A stretch of 64,000 bases of DNA, taken from contig NC_068994.1 of assembly GCF_001194135.2 (NCBI RefSeq), positions 12,226,615 through 12,290,614 of the forward strand, read 5' to 3'. This document shows, piece after piece, positions 63,289 through 64,000 of this stretch. Position 1 is the stretch's first letter. Each line of letters begins with the position of its first letter. The notes beneath the pieces were generated by a model. It did no database searches, had not been told where the DNA came from, and saw only the letters and a list, made by a program, of their open reading frames with translations. The stretch comes from Octopus bimaculoides (Eukaryota). Both the position numbers and the translations under genes were made by a program.

Positions 63289-63836
63289 TGTATGTATGTA
63301 TGTATGTATGTATGTATGTATGTATGTATGTATGTTTGTATGTATGCATCTATATATGTATGATATATGTATGCATGTGTGTGTATATATGCAGATACAC
63401 ATGTATCTATCTATCTATCTATCTATCTCTTTCTATTACTCTTTCAATCTATCTGTCTATCTCAGTATCTATCTATCTATCTATCTCTTTCTATTACTCT
63501 TTCAATCTATCTGTCTATCTCATTATCTATCTATCTATATATCTATCTATCTATCTATCTATCTATCTACACACACACACACACACACATTCATCTACAT
63601 GTGTGCGTATGTATGTGCATGTTTGTGCGTACTTGCACGTTCTGTTGTGTAGAACTGCAGGGCGCTATTTGAGATACATTTAGCCGTTATTTCTAACATG
63701 TCGAATAACTACATGTAGATGCTTTCCTCTTCATTCTATTTTATTTTTCCTTTTTTTTTCCCCAGTCTGTTTTGTTTGTCATGGAGATAAGAAGTACGAA
63801 AAGGTTTTGAAAAGCAATGAATACTGTGCCCTGTTG

Positions 63837-63871
<35 letters not shown>

Positions 63872-64000
63872 CATAAACACACAAATACACACACATACGT
63901 CTACTTGTACATGCACATATAATTACTCATGTATCCTGGTAAACATATTTACTTGTGTTGCACCTACACACACACACACATATATGTATACATATGTATA

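Overview
AT-rich, microsatellite- and SINE-dense animal genomic DNA with many N gaps. The repeat landscape suggests a cephalopod, probably Octopus (inference). Three spliced genes were reconstructed by hand from GT-AG boundaries and phase continuity. (1) The 3' part of MESD (LRP chaperone) on + at 1991-6748, probably ending in an 18-nt micro-exon encoding KKTEL*. (2) A complete LACTB (mitochondrial serine beta-lactamase-like protein) on - at 29152-9801. Its terminal exon, carrying the HTG catalytic motif, is present as two intact, diverged tandem copies (12665-13241 and 9801-10353), suggesting alternative last exons and two enzyme isoforms. (3) An ITIH-like VIT+vWA gene on + at 36021-38538, almost entirely in one exon, lacking the usual ITIH C-terminal domain and ending in a GPI-signal-like tail completed by a micro-exon. 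The rest is tRNA-derived SINEs, RTE-type 3' ends, Tc1/mariner fossils, MITEs (piggyBac-like, hAT-like), Penelope-like, CR1-like and RLE-LINE fragments, and several inverted repeats, including a 188-bp near-perfect hairpin at 41365-41760. No genes were recognised in 39-64 kb. Repeat boundaries are approximate.
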